From: Candidatus Multivoradales bacterium
GTDB lineage: Bacteria > Acidobacteriota > Thermoanaerobaculia > Multivoradales > Multivoraceae
Assembly: GCA_965223325.1 (NCBI GenBank)
Contig: CBDCWI010000002.1
Coordinates: 3,072,001 to 3,136,000 of the forward strand
Direction of reading: 5' to 3'
DNA length: 64,000 nt
The notes below the pieces were generated by a model. The model did no database searches. It was not told where the DNA came from and saw only the letters and a list, made by a program, of their open reading frames with translations. The position numbers were made by a program, and so were the translations under genes. This document shows, piece by piece, positions 58,586 through 64,000 of this stretch; position 1 is the stretch's first letter, and the number at the start of each line of letters is the position of its first letter.

Positions 58586-60841
58586 TTGACTCCCGAGAAG
58601 TTCGGGCCGTTCCTGTTGCTGAAGAAGCTCTCCGAAGACCCGATCGGAGAGGTGTTTCGAGCTGGCCAGGTGAAAGACGGTCAAATCGAGACGCAGGTGC
58701 TGCTGCGCTCCTTCAATGGCTCCGCGATTGATGGTCGCGAGCTGGCATCAGACTTCCAGCGGTTCCAGAGCGCCGAAACAAACGGCTGCAACGGCCGCAC
58801 CCTGATGGTGGGTTCGGTACAAGGCGTGCCATATGCCGCCTGGGACTACATTCCCGGTAAGAACCTGGCTTCGCTTCTCGAGCACATCGAGTTCGGCAGC
58901 AACCCGCTGCCACCGGAGCACGCCTTGTTGATTGCCGAGCGAGTCGCACTGTCGCTCGTCGCGGCACATGAGGCGGGTCAGCCGGACGAGACCACTCGGC
59001 ACGGCTTCCTGGTGCCAAGCCTGGTGATGCTCTCGAACGAAGGGGAAACTCGAGTTCTCGGTTTCGAAGTTGGCGCGTCGCTGCGCAGTCAGGTCCGAGA
59101 CAGCGCCGGCCTCAAGAGCCACTTCGGTCGCTACCTGCGACCCGAAGTGCTCGCCGGTTCGAACGGCGCGTCGGGCGAAGATGCCTATTCGCTGGCCGTG
59201 ATCCTCCTGGAGTTGCTCGGCGGCCGCACATTGCCTGCCGCCGAGCCAGAGGGCTATCAGGGGCTCGTGCGCCGCATCGTCGGGCGCGGCAACGACGAGC
59301 TGGCGCAGCTGCTCCACGACAGTCTCACTCCTTCGCCTGAACGTCTCGACGACATCAACGCCTGGCAACGACGGCTGAGCAGCTTGATGATCGAGGGCCG
59401 CCACAAGTCAACGACCTTCAATCTCGCCTTCTTCATGCACAGCCTCTTCCGCGACGAGATCGAACAAGAGGCGGAGGAGATCCAGGCGGAGCGTAGTCTC
59501 ACCATGTTGCCCGAGAGCAGTTTCGCGACCCCAACTGACGGGTCGGGCGGGCTTTCGGGCGTGCAGGAAGCCCTGACGGCGAGAACCCCTGGGCGTGGCT
59601 CAGGGCAGTTCACCATCGAACCAGAGTACGAGCGCCCCCTCGAGAGTCTCGAGGTCCTTGACTCCGGGCTCCGGCCCATCACGACTGTGGCTGCACCACA
59701 CTCCGCGACAGATCTGGAGATCACCAGCCGCGACGTTGTTCCTGTCACCCAACGAAAACAACTTCCGCTCTGGGCTGGTCTCGCATTCGGCGTGATCGCC
59801 GCCGGTGGAATCGGCCTCGTTGCCTATCGCATGACGGCAACTCCGGCTCCGGCTGAAGCGGCGACCACCACCCAGTCATCCGCGATGACCATCGACCCCG
59901 GCGGCGCCAGCGATGTTCCCCTCGGGCCTCTGGAGGCTGCCGGAGCGGCGGGTGCCGAAACCGCGCTTGGGGGCATCGCGGTTGACTCTGACCTGGAAGC
60001 CGAGCGCGTGGCAGCCGAGCGACAGGAGCTCCTCGACGAGCTCGATCAACGCATGGCAGCGCGCGCCGACGAGGTCGAAGCGTCCCTGCGGTCGCAGTAC
60101 TCGCGCGAGATCGCCGCCCTTCGTGCCCAACTGGAGGCCAGTCAGGAGCGTGAGCGCGAGCTGCGCCAAGCCACCAACGAACAGGGGGATCGCGCCGCCG
60201 CTACTTCACCGATCGCGCAAGCAGGCGAAGGGCCAGCAACCGCCAATGCCCTCAGTCGACAGAGAACCGCACCGGCTCCGGTGCCCATTGAAGCAATCGA
60301 CGTGCGCGATACGGCGTCGCCTGCCGGCAGTCGACCGTCCACCGACCCTGCAAGCACCACTCAAACGCTAGCGGCAGAAAGCGACAACGATAGCGCCGCC
60401 ACGGAGAGAGTCGCCACGGAAGGTGCTTCGGTCGCCGACGATGTCGCGACCAACCAGGTGCCCACCGCCACCGCAGAGCCCAGCAGCGCGTCCCAGACCC
60501 CCGCAGTCGACCCCAATACCCCAGCGAGAATCGAACGCGTCGTCCGCGGTCAGCTGGTCTCAGCAGGCCCCAGCGTTACACCTCCAAGCCTCGTCTCCTC
60601 GATCGACCCGTCGTTTCCTGAAGTGGCACGACGCCTCCGACGCGAAGGAACCGTCTGGGTCGACGTCCTGGTCGGGCCAGACGGCTCGGTGGAGAACACG
60701 CGCATCGCACAAGGCGCGGGCTTCGGGTTCGATGAGTCCGCGCTGCGCGCCGTCCGCCGCGCTCGATTCGCCCCACCGCAAAAGAACGGCGTCGACGTCC
60801 GCATGTGGACGCGGGTGAAGGTCGAGTTTCAGATCGAGTAG
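58586..60841 (+). CDS. Pseudokinase-TM-coiled coil-TonB C-terminal domain fusion
   Basis: Kinase-fold pattern with degenerate catalytic motifs, one TM (LWAGLAFGVIAAGGIGLV) and TonB_C (P.FPEVARRLRREGTV...GFDESALRAVRRARFAP). AAGGAG RBS with TTG start. Confidence 0.8.
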   Translation: MTPEKFGPFLLLKKLSEDPIGEVFRAGQVKDGQIETQVLLRSFNGSAIDGRELASDFQRFQSAETNGCNGRTLMVGSVQGVPYAAWDYIPGKNLASLLEHIEFGSNPLPPEHALLIAERVALSLVAAHEAGQPDETTRHGFLVPSLVMLSNEGETRVLGFEVGASLRSQVRDSAGLKSHFGRYLRPEVLAGSNGASGEDAYSLAVILLELLGGRTLPAAEPEGYQGLVRRIVGRGNDELAQLLHDSLTPSPERLDDINAWQRRLSSLMIEGRHKSTTFNLAFFMHSLFRDEIEQEAEEIQAERSLTMLPESSFATPTDGSGGLSGVQEALTARTPGRGSGQFTIEPEYERPLESLEVLDSGLRPITTVAAPHSATDLEITSRDVVPVTQRKQLPLWAGLAFGVIAAGGIGLVAYRMTATPAPAEAATTTQSSAMTIDPGGASDVPLGPLEAAGAAGAETALGGIAVDSDLEAERVAAERQELLDELDQRMAARADEVEASLRSQYSREIAALRAQLEASQERERELRQATNEQGDRAAATSPIAQAGEGPATANALSRQRTAPAPVPIEAIDVRDTASPAGSRPSTDPASTTQTLAAESDNDSAATERVATEGASVADDVATNQVPTATAEPSSASQTPAVDPNTPARIERVVRGQLVSAGPSVTPPSLVSSIDPSFPEVARRLRREGTVWVDVLVGPDGSVENTRIAQGAGFGFDESALRAVRRARFAPPQKNGVDVRMWTRVKVEFQIE

Positions 60842-60871
60842 CGAACTGTCCGCGGCTGGGAGCCCGGGCGG

Positions 60872-61519
60872 CTAGAGATCAGCCTTCTTGAGGCTTCCGA
60901 CCAGCGACTGCACGACCGGCTTGAGTACGCGGTCGAACTGAGCGTCGTCGTCGACACCGCCACCAATGCCCGCGACCCGCACCTTGGCGCTCTTGGTCTC
61001 CTCACGCGCCTCGTCGGCCCAAACGATTTCACCGGTTGTGGTGTTGACCAGGCGAGCGTTCATGGCAGCGCTGAACTTCTTGCGCTTGACGCCGAAGGAA
61101 GGAAGGCCCGCGACGCTGCGTGACCCTGCCTGCGCCGTCGATGCGCCGTATTCGGTCACCGCACCGGTCAAGATGTACTCTACGCCAAGCAGCTTGCCAG
61201 CCTTGACCGCAGTTGAGGGATCGACGTCACCCGAGAGCGAGAGGTTCTTCTCCGCCATGAGTGCCGCGAGGGCCTCGCGCTCGATGACGCGGAACTTGCC
61301 GCTCTTGACCAGCTCGGTGACGAAGACATCCTGAGCCGCCGAGGCCCCACCCGAACGCCACCAGTGATACCACTGCTGATCGGCCTTGGCCTTGAACTCA
61401 ATCACTGCAATGCGAGGCTTCTCGGCGGCGCCCGCCATGCTGGCAACGAGCATCAGGCTTGCCGCGGCAATGGCAAGGGTGAGGTATTTGGCGGCTTGCT
61501 TGAGAATCAGTGGCTTCAC
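60872..61519 (-). CDS. CsgG/HfaB-family exported protein
   Basis: RIAVIEF, TELVKSGKFRVIERE.L..L..E, GKLLGVEYILTGAVTEY, ARLVNTTTGEI. Confidence 0.88.
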   Translation of the reverse strand: MKPLILKQAAKYLTLAIAAASLMLVASMAGAAEKPRIAVIEFKAKADQQWYHWWRSGGASAAQDVFVTELVKSGKFRVIEREALAALMAEKNLSLSGDVDPSTAVKAGKLLGVEYILTGAVTEYGASTAQAGSRSVAGLPSFGVKRKKFSAAMNARLVNTTTGEIVWADEAREETKSAKVRVAGIGGGVDDDAQFDRVLKPVVQSLVGSLKKADL

Positions 61520-61715
61520 GGGAGGTCCTCCTTCTCGGGAACGTGGAAACGCTGGGAGCAACGCCCGGCTGAGTGCCCAGCACGTCTCCAGCAAGATAGC
61601 GCATAGAGCGGGACAGAAAACACAGAGTCCTCGCCCAGGCGACTAGAAAAACTAGTTTAACACCGAAGAAACCTGTCTGGGCGCCGCGCCTCAGGGCCAA
61701 GGGACCAGGAAGGCT

Positions 61716-63989
61716 CTAGCCCTCTTCCGGAACTCCCAACGAGTCCTGCGCATCGACGACGCAAAGAGCGGCCATGTTGACAATGTCGATGACGTCGACG
61801 CCACGCTGCAGGACGTGAACGGGCTGGTCCATGCCGAGCAGCACGGGCCCGATGGCTTCCGCTTCGGCAAGCCGCCAGATCAGTTTGTAGGCGGTGTTGG
61901 CGGAGTTGAGTTCCGGGAAGATGAGCACGTTCGCCGGCTGGTTCAGCCGACTCCAGGGGTAGCGCTCTTCGAGGACGGCCTCGAGGAGCGCGGTGTCGGC
62001 CTGGATCTCGCCGTCGAGTTCGAGATCGGGTTCCATCGCATGGGCGAGCTCGACCGCCCGCCGCACCTTGAGTGCCGACGGGTGGCGGTTGGAGCCGAAG
62101 TTCGAAAACGACAGCATCGCGACCCTTGGCTCGACATCGAAACGACGCGCGAAAGCCGCGGTCATCAGGGCGATCTCGGCGAGCTCTTCCGCCGAGGGGT
62201 CGATGTTGACGGTGGTGTCGGCAAGGAACAACAAGCGATCCTGAAGAACCAGGATGTAGGCGCCCATCACCCGGCGCACGGACTCGGCCGTACCGATCAC
62301 CTCGAGCGCAGGTCGAATGGTCGCCGGATAGTCCTGCGTCAAACCCGAGATCAGGCCGTCTGCTTCGCCCATCTGGATCATCATCGGGCCGAAGTAGTTG
62401 CGACTGCGCATCTTCTTTTGCGCATCCTCCAGGGTCACGCCCTCGCGCGCGCGGCGCTGGTGAAAGCGCTCAGCGTAGGCACCCATGCGGTCGCTCAGAG
62501 CAGTGTGCAGAACGGTAAGGCGTGAACGATCGACTTCCAGCTCGTCGAGCCGTGCGGCCACCTTCTCCTCTCGTGCCAGGAGGACCGGGTGGGCGATTCC
62601 CTCTTCGACAAGGATCTTTGCGGCACGCAGAACCTTCTCGTGTTCGCCTTCTGGGAAGACCACCCGCTTGGGGCTGCGCTTGGCCCGATCGATGACGTCA
62701 CGCATGACCTCCATGCGCCGCGAGACCAGCTTCTCGAGACGGTGCCGGTAGGCTTCGAGGTCGTCGATCTCGGTGCGAGCGACGCCACTGTCCATCGCCG
62801 CCTGCGCGACGAGACCCGGGAGTTCGAGCAGCACGCGATGGTCGAAGGGTTTCGGAATCAAATACTCCGGGCCGAACTTGAGCGACTCGATCCCATAGGC
62901 CCGTAGGACTTTGTCGGGCACGTCCTCGCGCGCCAGCGAGGCCAAGCCACGCACGGCTGCCAGCTTCATCTCTTCGTTGATGTCGGTCGCACGAACGTCG
63001 AGGGCACCACGGAAAATGAACGGAAACCCCAGGACGTTGTTGACCTGATTGGGATAGTCAGAGCGCCCGGTCGCCATCACCACGTCGTCGCGCACGGCGT
63101 GAGCGTCCTCCCAGGAGATCTCGGGATCCGGATTGGCGAGTGCAAAAACCACCGGCCGATCGGCCATTGAGCGCAGCATGTCCTGGGTCATCGCTCCGGC
63201 GACCGACAAGCCGAGGAAAACGTCGGCGCCCACTAGAGCATCAGAAAGTGTACGCGCCTCCGTTCGGGCGGCGAACTCCTCTTTGTGTGGCGGAAGACGT
63301 GTACGACCTGAATGCACCACACCCTTGCTGTCGCAGAGGATGATGTTCTCGCGCGCCAGTCCCAGTTGCAGCCAGAGCCGAATACAGCCGATGGCAGCGG
63401 CCCCCGCACCGGAGAACACGACGCGCACACCGCCGATGTCTTTGCCGACGATCTCGAGAGCGTTGAGAAGCGCCGCCCCTGCGATGATTGCGGTCCCATG
63501 TTGGTCGTCGTGAAAGACCGGAATCCCCATCGAGTCACGGAGTCGGTTCTCGATCTCGAAGCATTCCGGTGCACCGATGTCTTCGAGGTTGATGCCTCCG
63601 AAGGTTGGCTCGAGCGCCTCGACCAGGCGAACGAAGGTGTCGACGTCCGTGCAATCGACCTCGATGTCGAAGACGTCGATGCCAGCGAAGCGCTTGAACA
63701 GAACGCCCTTGCCTTCCATGACCGGCTTCGAAGCCTGCGCCCCGATGTCACCGAGCCCCAGAACGGCGGTGCCATTCGAGACCACGCCGACGAGGTTACC
63801 CTTGGCAGTGAGGTCGTAGGCGGCAAGCGGATTCTTGGCGATGTCACGACACGGCTCTGCGACCCCGGGCGTGTATGCCAACGAGAGATCGCGTTGGGTC
63901 GCGGTTGGTTTGGTTGGAACGACCTCAATCTTGCCGCGCGGTTCGCGCGCGTGATACTCGAGGGCTTCCTCTCGATACTGTTTCACCAT
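61716..63989 (-). CDS. maeB: NADP-dependent malic enzyme with PTA-like C-terminal domain
   Basis: [49 protein letters not shown]-terminal PTA domain. Confidence 0.97.
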   Translation of the reverse strand: MVKQYREEALEYHAREPRGKIEVVPTKPTATQRDLSLAYTPGVAEPCRDIAKNPLAAYDLTAKGNLVGVVSNGTAVLGLGDIGAQASKPVMEGKGVLFKRFAGIDVFDIEVDCTDVDTFVRLVEALEPTFGGINLEDIGAPECFEIENRLRDSMGIPVFHDDQHGTAIIAGAALLNALEIVGKDIGGVRVVFSGAGAAAIGCIRLWLQLGLARENIILCDSKGVVHSGRTRLPPHKEEFAARTEARTLSDALVGADVFLGLSVAGAMTQDMLRSMADRPVVFALANPDPEISWEDAHAVRDDVVMATGRSDYPNQVNNVLGFPFIFRGALDVRATDINEEMKLAAVRGLASLAREDVPDKVLRAYGIESLKFGPEYLIPKPFDHRVLLELPGLVAQAAMDSGVARTEIDDLEAYRHRLEKLVSRRMEVMRDVIDRAKRSPKRVVFPEGEHEKVLRAAKILVEEGIAHPVLLAREEKVAARLDELEVDRSRLTVLHTALSDRMGAYAERFHQRRAREGVTLEDAQKKMRSRNYFGPMMIQMGEADGLISGLTQDYPATIRPALEVIGTAESVRRVMGAYILVLQDRLLFLADTTVNIDPSAEELAEIALMTAAFARRFDVEPRVAMLSFSNFGSNRHPSALKVRRAVELAHAMEPDLELDGEIQADTALLEAVLEERYPWSRLNQPANVLIFPELNSANTAYKLIWRLAEAEAIGPVLLGMDQPVHVLQRGVDVIDIVNMAALCVVDAQDSLGVPEEG

Positions 63990-64000
63990 GTCACCGTTTC

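Overview
High-GC bacterial chromosomal segment. The gene content (GWxTD/VWA protein, LptD, kinase-like TonB fusion) suggests Acidobacteriota; this is an inference. Most of the window is housekeeping or metabolic: argC-argJ with tandem ARG boxes, a TetR-TolC-MFP-RND efflux operon, xseAB, a heme-copper oxidase operon in unusual order, SDRs, aceA, an ampG-like MFS, an IclR regulator, thiolase-lptD-rfbD-rmd, ruvX-mltG and maeB. The clearest accessory region is a ~4.5 kb minus-strand Rhs polymorphic-toxin cassette (about 36980-41450). It holds an orphan toxin tip with a candidate immunity gene, a 5'-truncated Rhs with an unrecognised 206-aa C-terminal region, and two paralogous candidate immunity genes with a C-terminal DnaJ-type zinc finger, one split at a T7 run. 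It also carries a patchwork of direct and inverted copies of one short Rhs-core segment, two of which share an end point. Other notable items are a stand-alone GHKL/MORC-like ATPase followed by a candidate multibranch structured RNA, a ~164-bp tandem repeat upstream of xseA, paired palindromic sites upstream of aceA, a pseudokinase-TonB fusion and several gene relics. No rRNA, tRNA, CRISPR array or intact transposase/integrase was seen. All family calls come from motif recognition by eye, not from database searches.
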